This document shows, one piece after another, positions 10,692 to 20,200 of a stretch of DNA of 64,000 bases; position 1 is the stretch's first letter; the number at the start of each line of letters is the position of its first letter. Under the pieces are notes generated by a model. The model worked only from the letters and a program-made list of their open reading frames with translations, did not search any database and was not told the DNA's origin. The translations under genes and the position numbers were made by a program. This stretch comes from Truepera sp. GTDB taxonomy: Bacteria; Deinococcota; Deinococci; Deinococcales; Trueperaceae. The stretch is from contig CBDCKW010000009.1 of assembly GCA_965218435.1 (NCBI GenBank), positions 2,272,001 through 2,336,000 of the forward strand, in the 5' to 3' direction.

Positions 10692-12038
10692 ATGCGCTGG
10701 TTTTGGGGACAGAGAAAAAATACCGGGATTGACATAGCGCAGTTTACGCCGCAACCGAGCGCCGGGTATCTCGTCGGGGGCGCGGTGCGCGATACGCTGC
10801 TGAGTCGTCCGGTCAGGGACTATGACTGGTTAGTTGAGAAGCCGAGGCTCGAGGCTGAACGTGCCGCCGCAGAACTCGGCGGGCGAGCGTTTTGCTTGGA
10901 CGAACGCCGCGACCACTGGCGGGTGGTTACGGGCGAGCTAACGAGAGATTACACACCGCTCGGGGAGTTGGAACAGGGTGACTTAGAAGAAAATTTACGG
11001 GCTCGAGACTACACCGTCAACGCTATCGCTGCTGGCCCAAACGGAAACCTTACCGATCCGACCGGAGGACTTGCCGACCTCAAAGCCAAACGGCTACGAA
11101 TGGTCAGCGAGGCGAACCTGCAAGCTGACCCGGTACGCGGGTTGCGTGGTGTCAGGCTGGCGGCGACGCTTGCGTTTAACTTGGACGCCGCCACGGAAGC
11201 GGCGGGCAAACGTCACGCAGCCCTGTTAGAGAGTGGTGAGACTCCGCTACCCGCGTGGGAACGCGTTGGCGACGAGCTAACCCAACTTTTGCTCAGTGAC
11301 AACGCCGCACCGGGGTTTGGGCTGCTGCACCGAGTGGGACTGTTGCAGGTCTACTTGCCCGAACTCGCCCAAGCGGACGGCGTGACGCAGGGCGGCTTTC
11401 ATCATTTAGATGTGCTGGGGCATTCTTTAGAGGCGCTCCATCAACTCGTGCAGGGCTTTCCTGACGCTGAGCTTCCTCTCCGCTGGGCGACACTTTTACA
11501 CGACGTCGGCAAACCCGCAACCAAAACTTTTGAGCCGGACGGGACACACTATCACTTTTACGGTCACGACAAACTCGGGGCTGAGCTGACTAGGGGGATA
11601 CTGGGGCGGCTCCGCGTACCCACCGCAGTAACCGAGCGGGCGGCGCAGCTGGTGCGCTACCACATGGTGCAGCTGCCGAAAAATGACCGCGAGGCGCGGC
11701 GCTTCATCCACCGTCGGCGCACCCTCTTGCCCGACCTGCTCAAACTGATGATCGCCGACCGTGAGGCGGCGCGTGGGCCGATGTCGTCCGAGGCGAGCCG
11801 CCGGGGGTACCAGCTGGCGCTGGCCCGCGTGTTGGAAATCATGAACGAAGCGCCGCCGAAAGCGCCCCTGTTAGACGGGCGCGACGTGATGCAACTCTTA
11901 AACCTCTCACCGGGGCCACGCGTCGGCGAGGCGGTGCGCTTTGTCCACGAGGCTGAAGCGGTCGGCGACGTGAAGACCGAAAAAGAGGCTGAAGCTGCCT
12001 TGCTCCACTACGCCGAGGTACAAGGCTGGAGGAAGTAG
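10692..12038 (+). CDS. Class II tRNA nucleotidyltransferase with HD domain (probably CC-adding type)
   Basis: VGGAVRD..RDYD (motif A), RDYTVNAIA (B), DPTGGLADL (C), ADPVRGLR (D), ERV..EL (E), LLHDVGKP HD domain. Confidence 0.9.
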   Translation: MRWFWGQRKNTGIDIAQFTPQPSAGYLVGGAVRDTLLSRPVRDYDWLVEKPRLEAERAAAELGGRAFCLDERRDHWRVVTGELTRDYTPLGELEQGDLEENLRARDYTVNAIAAGPNGNLTDPTGGLADLKAKRLRMVSEANLQADPVRGLRGVRLAATLAFNLDAATEAAGKRHAALLESGETPLPAWERVGDELTQLLLSDNAAPGFGLLHRVGLLQVYLPELAQADGVTQGGFHHLDVLGHSLEALHQLVQGFPDAELPLRWATLLHDVGKPATKTFEPDGTHYHFYGHDKLGAELTRGILGRLRVPTAVTERAAQLVRYHMVQLPKNDREARRFIHRRRTLLPDLLKLMIADREAARGPMSSEASRRGYQLALARVLEIMNEAPPKAPLLDGRDVMQLLNLSPGPRVGEAVRFVHEAEAVGDVKTEKEAEAALLHYAEVQGWRK

Positions 12039-12162
12039 GAAGTAGAGTGCAGAAGATGCTGACTCGAGCAAAAAATGGTGTAGTTGTTCCAGAACGCAGC
12101 GATAGGGCGGCTTTCAGCACGTCGTCAATTAGCTTGGGGCTGATTGAGGGGTAAAGTCACCT

Positions 12163-13137
12163 ATGGCTACGCTGATTTTGACGCAAGCAGAAACTGAAAG
12201 GTTACTCGAGCCTCTGTCCCTACTCGAGACTATCCGCAAGGGGTTTATCGCCGCGTCGGGTGCTGAGATTACCCCTCAGCGCACCCGCACCGACCTTCCC
12301 CAAAACGGCGCGGCGGCGACCGTTCTTTTCCCCGGTTTACTCCCCGAGATTCCGGCCTACACCGTCAAAGTTCACGCCAAGTTTCCCGGTAGCACTCCGG
12401 CGATTCGTGGTCTGATTCAGCTTTTTGACCTCCACACGGGTGAACTGCTGGCAGTGATGGGGTCCGGTTACCTTACCGCGCTACGAACCGCGGCGGCGGG
12501 CGCAGTCGCCGCCGACGTGCTTGCCCGCGCCGATGCAAGCCGCGTTGCACTCATCGGCGCGGGCATACAAAATGCGTGGCAGCTTACGTTACTCGCTTAC
12601 GTCCGGCACCTCCGCACCGTGACGGTATACGACAACGTGTCCCTTAAAACCGGCCCCTTCGTCCGGCGCATAGCCGAAAAAACCGACGCCAAGGTCATCC
12701 CGGCAGATTCGCTGACCGAAGCCGTGGCAGACGCCGACATCGTAGTTACGGCGACCTGGGCGAGAGATCCGTTTCTCTACCCTGAGTTTTTAACACCGGG
12801 CGCACACGTCACCACGCTCGGCGCGGACGAACCGGGCAAAGCCGAAGTGTCCGCCGACCTGATTTTGGCGAGTAGATTTTTTTGTGATGATAGAGCGTTG
12901 GCGGTTGGGGGCGGCGCTGTCGGCAACGTCGGTTTAGGAGACGAGGCGATTACCGGAGAGCTGGGCGACGTAGTGGGCGGACGTGTTCCGGGACGGCTGG
13001 GGGACGAGTTGACGGTTTACGGCGGGGTAGGTTTGGCGTGGATGGACCTGGCGGCGGCGTGGTTGGTCTATCAGGAGGCGCTGACAGCAGGCGTGGGGCG
13101 GCGCGTTGACTTTTTAGCAGACGTTTCCACGCGTTGA
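12163..13137 (+). CDS. Ornithine cyclodeaminase / mu-crystallin family protein
   Basis: YTVKVHAKFP, LTALRTAAAG, IGAGIQN, ADIVVTAT, LGADEPGKAE, GLAWMDL. Confidence 0.9.
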   Translation: MATLILTQAETERLLEPLSLLETIRKGFIAASGAEITPQRTRTDLPQNGAAATVLFPGLLPEIPAYTVKVHAKFPGSTPAIRGLIQLFDLHTGELLAVMGSGYLTALRTAAAGAVAADVLARADASRVALIGAGIQNAWQLTLLAYVRHLRTVTVYDNVSLKTGPFVRRIAEKTDAKVIPADSLTEAVADADIVVTATWARDPFLYPEFLTPGAHVTTLGADEPGKAEVSADLILASRFFCDDRALAVGGGAVGNVGLGDEAITGELGDVVGGRVPGRLGDELTVYGGVGLAWMDLAAAWLVYQEALTAGVGRRVDFLADVSTR

Positions 13138-13161
13138 TCAGACCGTTCAAACGCGTAGTTT

Positions 13162-13221
13162 ATTTGCCATATCACAATTTACTATGCCACAATTTACTAC
13201 GCCACAATTTGCCGTGTCACA
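13162..13221. repeat. Four tandem imperfect 15-bp repeats
   Basis: ATTTGCCATATCACA / ATTTACTATGCCACA / ATTTACTACGCCACA / ATTTGCCGTGTCACA. Confidence 0.9.
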
Positions 13222-13333
13222 AAAGGGCTCGGTTGTCTCGAGCGAGCACATCAAGGTCTACAGCTCAAACCTGACAAACTGGAACGTTTAATCTACTTTG
13301 ATTCAATTGACTGGCTCTGCGCAATCCGAACAC

Positions 13334-13368
13334 GCTTCAACCTACCTTTAACATTCACCGCGTATTTT
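13334..13368 (+). promoter_or_regulatory. Direct-repeat box plus -10 element (copy 1 of 4), putative OmpR-type regulator site
   Basis: TTCAACCTACC-TTTAACATT-N7-TATTTT. Confidence 0.7.
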
Positions 13369-13516
13369 TTCCCTTGTCCGAGCCGACCGGCCCGGTCATC
13401 TCTTGAGAGGATACCCAGCATTTACCAACTGTAAAACGAGTGAGCGTGCATTCCAGCCCAGCCACCGCCCGCGCTCACCCGAACCCCCAACCGGCGATGA
13501 GAGAGAAAGAAGTCTT

Positions 13517-14335
13517 ATGCAAACAGCCGCGCGTCAACCTGCTTTTGGTAATGTCACTGTGCAAGGGGTACTCAGCCGAGTTCCCGAAGTCACCCTTATC
13601 TTCTGGATTATCAAAATTTTATCTACTACCGTCGGCGAGACCGCCGCCGACTTTTTAGCCGTTACGCTAAACTTCGGTCTAGTAGGTACATCAACCGTGA
13701 TGGGCATTCTGCTCGTCATCGCGCTCGCCAATCAGCTCCGGTTAAAACGCTATGTCCCGGCGAGTTACTGGACGGTCGTGGTGCTGACGAGTATCGTCGG
13801 TACGCTCGTTACCGATTACCTTGTAGACGACCGCGGCGTTACTCTAGTTACTACCACGGTCATCTTTTCAGGAATTTTACTCGCTATCTTCGTTACTTGG
13901 TACGCAAGGGAAAAAACCCTCTCGATGCACTCGATTACGACCTTACCGAGAGAGGCTTTTTACTGGGCCGCGATTCTTTTTACGTTCGCGCTGGGTACGG
14001 CGTCGGGTGACCTGATTGCCGAGAGCTTCGGCTTGGGTTACGCCCTCTCGCTTGTGCTCTTTGCTAGTCTGATTGCGCTGATTGCCGTGGCGCACTTTGC
14101 GTTCAAACTTAACGGCGTATTAGCTTTCTGGCTGGCGTTTATCTTGACCCGCCCACTCGGAGCTTCAACGGGTGACTGGCTCTCGCAACCCGTAGCTGAC
14201 GGGGGACTCGGTTTAGGAACGGTCACGACGAGCTTTATCTTCCTGGCCGTTATCGTCAGTTTAGTAGTTTTTATCACGCTGAGGCAGCGGCGGCAGGGGC
14301 CACCGGTGGCAGAACCGGAACCGGCTCAGGTTTAG
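13517..14335 (+). CDS. COG4705 / DUF347-repeat membrane protein
   Basis: SRVPEVTLIFWIIKILSTTVGETAAD, REAFYWAAILFTFALGTASGD, FWLAFILTRPLGASTGD. Confidence 0.9.
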   Translation: MQTAARQPAFGNVTVQGVLSRVPEVTLIFWIIKILSTTVGETAADFLAVTLNFGLVGTSTVMGILLVIALANQLRLKRYVPASYWTVVVLTSIVGTLVTDYLVDDRGVTLVTTTVIFSGILLAIFVTWYAREKTLSMHSITTLPREAFYWAAILFTFALGTASGDLIAESFGLGYALSLVLFASLIALIAVAHFAFKLNGVLAFWLAFILTRPLGASTGDWLSQPVADGGLGLGTVTTSFIFLAVIVSLVVFITLRQRRQGPPVAEPEPAQV

Positions 14336-14361
14336 CGTAGTAACCTTCTCAGGTTTGCTCG

Positions 14362-14392
14362 ACCGACGCGCATTTCGACGCGTCGGTTTTTT
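14362..14392 (+). terminator. Intrinsic terminator
   Basis: ACCGACGCG...CGCGTCGGT followed by a T run. Confidence 0.8.
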
Positions 14393-14550
14393 ATGGGTTA
14401 TAGCTCGAGGCTGAGGGCACAGCTACGGATTTTGGTGCGTTTTTAGCAGGTTTGGCGCTCGTAACCTTCATCATTAAAGGTTTTGCTGATGAGGACAAAT
14501 CCCAGAAATGAAGCTGATTATTAAGCTAATGACCGGCTCGTGAGCGTTTC

Positions 14551-14584
14551 TCTCCACCCCCCTCCAACATTCACCCGCTACCTT
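14551..14584 (+). promoter_or_regulatory. Direct-repeat box plus -10 element (copy 2 of 4)
   Basis: CTCCACCCCCC-TCCAACATT-N7-TACCTT. Confidence 0.65.
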
Positions 14585-14626
14585 GACCCTAGCCAAGAGG
14601 ATTTCACCTTTGGCGAAAGGAGCAAG

Positions 14627-15145
14627 ATGAAGCAGCACCTCAAAACCCTCGTGCTCGGCGGCACTCTGGTCGTCGGCTCGCTAGGCACAATGGTCGCCCT
14701 GGCTCAAACTTCGGGCGGCGCGGCCACGCAAACGCAGGGTCAGACACAGCAGCCCGCATCTACCGGCTCGATTTCCTTACCTCAGGAAAATCAGGGCGAA
14801 GATGCGGAAGCCGCCGCCTATATGAGCATGGCGAAGGTCACGTTGGGGCAGGCAGTCAAGGCGGCCCAGACTTCTCTAGGCGTAACTACTGCGCCGAGTT
14901 CAGCCCAGCTCGGTAACGAAAACGGCTCGCTCGTCTGGGAAGTCGTGATCGGTCAGCAAAGCGTTGCAGTTGATGCTGGCAACGCTAAGGTACTCCAGAC
15001 TCAGCCGATTAACGCGCCCGAAATGGCCGACAACGGCGAAAATTACGATCAGGGACAAGACGGCGAAAGCTACGATCAGGGCGGGCAGGGCAACGCTCAA
15101 CAAGAACAAGGCGGCGAGTCCAACAACATGGAGGACGGCAACTAG
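14627..15145 (+). CDS. Secreted PepSY-domain protein with acidic Q/G/E-rich tail
   Basis: AAAGGAG RBS; signal peptide; AKVTLGQAVKAA..LGNENGSLVWEV..VAVDAGNAKVL PepSY signature. Confidence 0.85.
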   Translation: MKQHLKTLVLGGTLVVGSLGTMVALAQTSGGAATQTQGQTQQPASTGSISLPQENQGEDAEAAAYMSMAKVTLGQAVKAAQTSLGVTTAPSSAQLGNENGSLVWEVVIGQQSVAVDAGNAKVLQTQPINAPEMADNGENYDQGQDGESYDQGGQGNAQQEQGGESNNMEDGN

Positions 15146-15177
15146 GCCGACCGACAGTCCCTCAGCGTTTGACACCG

Positions 15178-15205
15178 ACCCCCTCTAATCAGGGGGTTTT
15201 TCTTT
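15178..15205 (+). terminator. Intrinsic terminator
   Basis: ACCCCCT-CTAATC-AGGGGGT followed by TTTTCTTT. Confidence 0.75.
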
Positions 15206-15236
15206 GAGCCGCCGTAAAAATGCGCGGACGCGCGAC

Positions 15237-15271
15237 GCTTCAACCTCCCTCCAACATTCGGCGCTTAACGT
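15237..15271 (+). promoter_or_regulatory. Direct-repeat box plus -10 element (copy 3 of 4)
   Basis: TTCAACCTCCC-TCCAACATT-N7-TAACGT. Confidence 0.7.
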
Positions 15272-15312
15272 AAGCGTGTTGCCGGGGTCAGACCGGCATA
15301 AAGGAGTTGACG

Positions 15313-15900
15313 ATGAAACGTCCACTAACCGTCTATTTGCTGACCGGCACGCTCACACTCGTCGCAGTGTCGCCCGCCTTAGCCCAAACGAACGCACCTA
15401 TCCCGGCGCAGCAGCAACCCGTAGCGCCAGAGGTTAATCCACCCGGGGATATTCCTGACACGCAAGCGTTTGTGACCTACCGCTCACCTCAAGGGTTTCA
15501 TTTAGAGGTGCCTGAAGGCTGGGCGCGCTCGAGTACAAAACAAGGCGCACACTTTGCCGACAAATACGGCAGCGTGGACGTGCAGGTAAGTACGGCAAAA
15601 AATGCGCCGACTGTCAGCAGTGTTCAGCAAACGCAGGTCGCCGCGCTCATGGCCTCGAACCGCGCCGTTCAGGTAAGTCAGGTGCAAGCCGTGCAGCTTC
15701 CGAGTGGGCAGGCCGTGCGGATTGACTACGCCTCAAACTCGGCCCCAAACCCGGTAACGAACAAGCAGATTCGGCTCGAGAACGCCGACTACCTCTACTA
15801 CCAAAACGGTGAACTCGTCACAGTGACGTTTTCTGCACCTTACGGGGCCGACAACGTTGATCAGTGGCGTTACATGTCCGAAAACTTCGGCTGGAACTGA
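15313..15900 (+). CDS. Secreted protein (PsbP-like/lipoprotein-type) associated with the ABC transporter
   Basis: AAAGGAG RBS; signal peptide ALA-Q; NPPGDIPDTQAFV..VPEGW..NPVTNKQ..GADNVDQW conserved-looking motifs; fold call tentative. Confidence 0.7.
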   Translation: MKRPLTVYLLTGTLTLVAVSPALAQTNAPIPAQQQPVAPEVNPPGDIPDTQAFVTYRSPQGFHLEVPEGWARSSTKQGAHFADKYGSVDVQVSTAKNAPTVSSVQQTQVAALMASNRAVQVSQVQAVQLPSGQAVRIDYASNSAPNPVTNKQIRLENADYLYYQNGELVTVTFSAPYGADNVDQWRYMSENFGWN

Positions 15901-15901
15901 G

Positions 15902-16597
15902 ATGGACACCTCTGCTAGTACGACAGCAGTTTTAGCAGCGCACGACCTCTACCGCTTTTTCCACACCCCTGAAGCGGAAACGCTCGCCCTGCGCGGCGTC
16001 AGCTTAGAGCTTCAGCGAGGCGAAACCGTCGCGGTGATGGGGCCGTCCGGGAGCGGCAAATCTACGCTGCTCGCGTGTCTAGCTGGTCTCGACGAACCTG
16101 ACGGCGGTCACGTCGAGCTCTTAGGTGAGCGGCTAACCCGCCGCCCTGAAACCGTGCGGGCCGGTTTACGGGCCAAGCACATCGGGATTTTGCTCCAGTC
16201 GGGTAACTTGCTCGGGCACCTAAGCGTCGAGGAAAACGTGCAGCTCTCCCTGCAGTTGGCGCACCAACCCAGCCGGGAGCGCATCACCGAACTTTTAGAG
16301 GCGGTCGGATTACGAGAGCGCCGCGCCGCCTACCCCGCCGAACTTTCAGGTGGGGAGACGGCGCGGGCAGGGCTCGCGGTCGCGCTCGCTGCCGACCCCG
16401 CCGTACTGTTAGCCGACGAACCGACCGGCGAAGTAGACGCGGAGACTGAAGGGCTGCTTTTAGAGCTGCTCGAGCACCGCAGACAGCAGGGTTACACCGC
16501 CCTGATTGCCACCCACAGTCCCGCGCTGGCGGCGCACGCCGACCGCACGGTTCACTTAAGAGATGGGAGCATCACCCATGACCAGACCTATAACTAA
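15902..16597 (+). CDS. ABC transporter ATP-binding protein (LolD/MacB type)
   Basis: GPSGSGKS, LSGGE, LLADEPTG, IATH. Confidence 0.93.
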   Translation: MDTSASTTAVLAAHDLYRFFHTPEAETLALRGVSLELQRGETVAVMGPSGSGKSTLLACLAGLDEPDGGHVELLGERLTRRPETVRAGLRAKHIGILLQSGNLLGHLSVEENVQLSLQLAHQPSRERITELLEAVGLRERRAAYPAELSGGETARAGLAVALAADPAVLLADEPTGEVDAETEGLLLELLEHRRQQGYTALIATHSPALAAHADRTVHLRDGSITHDQTYN

Positions 16598-17279
16598 ATC
16601 TGTGACGAAGCCTCTCGTTTCCGTGCGGCAAGCAGGCCGGGTCTACGATCAGGGCCACAAACCCGTGACCGCCCTCGAGTCCGCCTCGTGTGACGTTTAT
16701 CTGGGGGCGCGGATTGCACTCGTCGGCCCTTCGGGAAGCGGTAAATCTACATTGCTGCACCTGATGGGGGGGCTCGAGTCCCCTACTTCGGGAAGCTTGG
16801 CTTGGCCCGCCCTCGACGCCCGTAAACCGCTCCGCCCCGAACAGGTGGCGTTTGTTTTCCAAACCCCCAGCCTGATTCCATCTTTAAGCGTCGTGGAAAA
16901 TGTCGAACTGCCCCTCTTGCTGGCTGATAAGGGCGACGCTCGCTCGGCAGCTTTGGCGGTGTTGGAACGGCTCGAGCTGGCCGCACTCGCCGACAAACTC
17001 CCTGAAGAACTCTCCGGCGGGCAGGCGCAGCGCGTCGGGGTGGCGCGGGCGCTCGCCTATGCGCCCAAGCTTGTCTTGGCCGATGAACCGACCGGACAGC
17101 TCGACGGGCCGACCGCCGCGCACCTCTTTGATGTGTGGCTGGAGGAACTCGAGGATACAGAAACCGCCCTCGTCGTCGCAACCCACGACCTGCGCGTCGC
17201 CGAAAGACTCGGTGAGGTGTGGCAGATGAAGTTTGGGCGGCTCGAGACTGCGCCCCACTACGAGGAGGCGTTCATATGA
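16578..17279 (+). CDS. ABC transporter ATP-binding protein (second copy)
   Basis: GPSGSGKS, LSGGQAQR, LADEPTGQLD, VATHD. Confidence 0.93.
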   Translation: MTRPITKSVTKPLVSVRQAGRVYDQGHKPVTALESASCDVYLGARIALVGPSGSGKSTLLHLMGGLESPTSGSLAWPALDARKPLRPEQVAFVFQTPSLIPSLSVVENVELPLLLADKGDARSAALAVLERLELAALADKLPEELSGGQAQRVGVARALAYAPKLVLADEPTGQLDGPTAAHLFDVWLEELEDTETALVVATHDLRVAERLGEVWQMKFGRLETAPHYEEAFI

Positions 17280-19930
17280 CCCTGCTGTGGCTTAGGGGAC
17301 TCGTTAAACGCCGTCCGGTACGGCTTCTAGGCACCGTCACCGGAATCGCGCTAACGGTCGCGCTACTCATGTCGTTAGCCGCTTTTATCGTCTCCGGCTC
17401 GGCAAGCATGACGCGGCGGGCGGTGGCGACCGTTCCGGTAGACTGGCAGGTTCAGCTCACACCGGGAACTACACCTAAAACAGTTCTCGCGGCGCTTCGT
17501 CAGGCGACGCCCGTACAGACCACAGCGCAAGTTGGCTACGCGCAGACTGCGGGGCTCGAGGCTCAAACCGGTGGGACGGTGCAAACCACCGGGCCGGGTA
17601 AGATTTTAGGCTTGCCGCCCGCTTATTTTTCCAAGTTTCCCGGACAGGTGCGTTCGCTCGTCGGCTCGCTTCAGGGTGTGCTCATCGCGCAGCAGACAGC
17701 GGCGAACCTGCACGCCACGGTCGGTGACACGGTAAAAATCAGGCGTGTAGGACTGCCGCCTGTAGCGGTCAAAGTCGCGGGCGTCGTCGAACTCCCCAAC
17801 GCCGACTCGATGTTTCAGGCCGTCGGTGTGCCACCCGGCAGCGCCCCGCAAGCCCCACCGGACAATGTGGTGCTGCTCCCGGCGGCGCAGTGGCACACCC
17901 TCTTTGACCCGCAAGCCACCGTAAGGCCCGATTCGGTGCGGACACAGCTCCACGTGCGGCTCGGGCACGGCATGCTGCCGAGTGACCCGAACGCGGCCTA
18001 TCTGGAGGTGAGCGGTCGAGCCAGAAACCTCGAGGCCCGCATCGCTGGCAGCGGGTCGGTCGCCGATAACTTAGCAGCCCGCTTGGACGGCGCACGCGGT
18101 GACGCCATCTACGCCCGCGTGTTATTTCTCTTTTTAGGGACGCCGGGGGCGCTGCTCGCGGCTCTCTTGACGTTGGCAGTTACGGCGTCGGGTGCGGCGC
18201 GTAGGCGGCAAGAACAGGCGTTGTTACGGACTCGGGGAGCCTCGAGCCCACAACTTTTACGTTTAGCAGGCTTTGAAGCTCTTGCGGTAGGCGTAATAGG
18301 TGTCATTTTCGGTTTTTTACTCGCGTTTATCGCGTCGCGGGCACTTCTCGGGACGAATCTGTGGACGGCTGCGGGTGTCACTGTTTGGCTCGTCACCGCC
18401 GCGCTTATCGGTTTTTTACTCGCGGCTGCTGCGGTCATGCTCCCGGCGTGGCGAGCCCTTCGCGGCGAAACCGTCACCTCAGCCAGAGCGGTCGTCAGTC
18501 ATGCCCACACACCTCTTTGGGAACGGCTCTACCTCGACGTCATTTTTCTGGCGCTGGCAGGCTTGGTGTTCTGGCAAACCGCGAAGAGTGGCTATCAGGT
18601 CGTGCTGGCCCCTGAAGGGGTCGCGCAGACCTCGGTGAACTACAGCGCCTTTATCGCCCCAGTCTTTTTGTGGCTCGGCGCGGGTTTGCTCACGCTGCGG
18701 TTGTGGAACCTGCTTTTAGGACGAGGCTCGCGTCTCCTTACCAGCTTGTTTCGTCCGGTGGCACATAAGCTCTCTGGTACGGTGGCAGCCTCTTTGGGGC
18801 GGCAACGGCGGCGGCTTGCCGGAGGCGTGGTGCTGGTTGCCCTGGCCTTTTCGTTCGCGGCGTCTACGGCGGTCTTTAATACGACCTATAACGGACAATC
18901 CAGGGTGGACGCCCTGCTCACCAACGGGGCCGATGTCACCGTCACGGGGACAACGGCAGCTCCCGCGGGCACAAAACTCGCGGCCTTCGCTGCACTTCCC
19001 GGCGTCCAAGCCGCCGCACCTATGCAACACCGCTTCGCCTACGTCGGCAACGACCTGCAAGACCTTTACGGTATTAGCCCTACCCACATCGGTGAGGCCA
19101 CAGTGATGTCGAACGCCTACTTTAAGGGCGGCAACGCGCAGGCGACGTTAGGTGCGCTCAGCAGTCATCCTGACGGCGTATTGGTCTCTGAAGAGACCGT
19201 CCGGGACTTTCAATTGCAGGTCGGCGACCGGCTCAATTTGCGCTTGCAAAACGCTAAAGACAACGCCTATCACACGGTTCCCTTTACCTTCGTGGGGGTC
19301 GCCAGAGAGTTTCCGACTGCGCCGAAAGATTCATTTTTGGTGGCGAACGCAGGCTATATCGCGCAGCAGACGGGCCGGGGCGCAGCTGAGGTCGTGCTCT
19401 TAAAAACGCAGGATGCAGCGGGCGTCGTGAAGGCAGCAGGGCCGCTGGTGCGTTCCCTACCCAGCGCGAAGGTCTCGAGTCTCGCTCAAGCGCAGAGTTT
19501 AATCAGCTCGAGCCTCACCGCTGTTGACCTTAAGGGGCTGACGCGGCTCGAGCTGACTTTTGCCTTTATCCTGCTGGCAGGCGCTTCCGGGCTGCTGCTG
19601 GCGTTAGGTCTTGCCGAACGGCGGCGCACCTTTGCCATCCTTAGCGCCCTCGGCGCAAAGTCGGCGCAACTCGGTGCGTTCTTATGGAGTGAAGGGCTGT
19701 TCGTGCTGCTAAGCGGCGCGGTCGTCGGGTTATTAACAGGTTTCGGCGTCGCCGAGATGCTCGTCAAGGTCTTGACCGGCGTGTTCGACCCGCCACCTGA
19801 AGCACTCGCCGTCCCGTGGTCGTATCTGCTCTGGCTGCTCGTCGCCGCAGCTGGCGCAACGGTACTGGCGATCAGCAGCGCCCGCATCACCTCAAGGCAG
19901 CCGGTCGTGCAGGCACTCAGAGATTTCTAG
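17276..19930 (+). CDS. FtsX/MacB-type ABC permease with two periplasmic domains
   Basis: RRRQEQALLRTRGAS and ERRRTFAILSALGA FtsX motifs; duplicated TM/periplasmic architecture; ATGA overlap with the upstream gene. Confidence 0.9.
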   Translation: MTLLWLRGLVKRRPVRLLGTVTGIALTVALLMSLAAFIVSGSASMTRRAVATVPVDWQVQLTPGTTPKTVLAALRQATPVQTTAQVGYAQTAGLEAQTGGTVQTTGPGKILGLPPAYFSKFPGQVRSLVGSLQGVLIAQQTAANLHATVGDTVKIRRVGLPPVAVKVAGVVELPNADSMFQAVGVPPGSAPQAPPDNVVLLPAAQWHTLFDPQATVRPDSVRTQLHVRLGHGMLPSDPNAAYLEVSGRARNLEARIAGSGSVADNLAARLDGARGDAIYARVLFLFLGTPGALLAALLTLAVTASGAARRRQEQALLRTRGASSPQLLRLAGFEALAVGVIGVIFGFLLAFIASRALLGTNLWTAAGVTVWLVTAALIGFLLAAAAVMLPAWRALRGETVTSARAVVSHAHTPLWERLYLDVIFLALAGLVFWQTAKSGYQVVLAPEGVAQTSVNYSAFIAPVFLWLGAGLLTLRLWNLLLGRGSRLLTSLFRPVAHKLSGTVAASLGRQRRRLAGGVVLVALAFSFAASTAVFNTTYNGQSRVDALLTNGADVTVTGTTAAPAGTKLAAFAALPGVQAAAPMQHRFAYVGNDLQDLYGISPTHIGEATVMSNAYFKGGNAQATLGALSSHPDGVLVSEETVRDFQLQVGDRLNLRLQNAKDNAYHTVPFTFVGVAREFPTAPKDSFLVANAGYIAQQTGRGAAEVVLLKTQDAAGVVKAAGPLVRSLPSAKVSSLAQAQSLISSSLTAVDLKGLTRLELTFAFILLAGASGLLLALGLAERRRTFAILSALGAKSAQLGAFLWSEGLFVLLSGAVVGLLTGFGVAEMLVKVLTGVFDPPPEALAVPWSYLLWLLVAAAGATVLAISSARITSRQPVVQALRDF

Positions 19931-20103
19931 GGAGGTTAGAGAGGTTAGGCGCTTGAGAAAGAATTCTGGACGCAGAAGTTGCTGGCGCAAGTAAGAAACC
20001 GGTGTCTGGCGTGCTCGAGCCTTACCGACACAGGCGCAGGTCAGCGCGGCTTAGTCTTGGGGTAACCTTGACGTAAGTTCGTCGCAACAAACTTGGCTCT
20101 CAC

Positions 20104-20138
20104 ATCTCAACCTTCGTTTAACTTTGGGGCTGTACGCT
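20104..20138 (+). promoter_or_regulatory. Direct-repeat box plus -10 element (copy 4 of 4), upstream of the PAP2-RR-HK operon
   Basis: CTCAACCTTCG-TTTAACTTT-N7-TACGCT. Confidence 0.65.
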
Positions 20139-20200
20139 GTCTTTGGGCCGAAAGCCGACTCAGACTTAACCTTGACTTGGCCTCAGAACCGAGGGTTGCC

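Noticed and set aside
13162..13221. Repeat arrays here and at 48982-49032 as CRISPR
   Set aside because: Units are adjacent without unique spacers, too short, and no cas genes are present.
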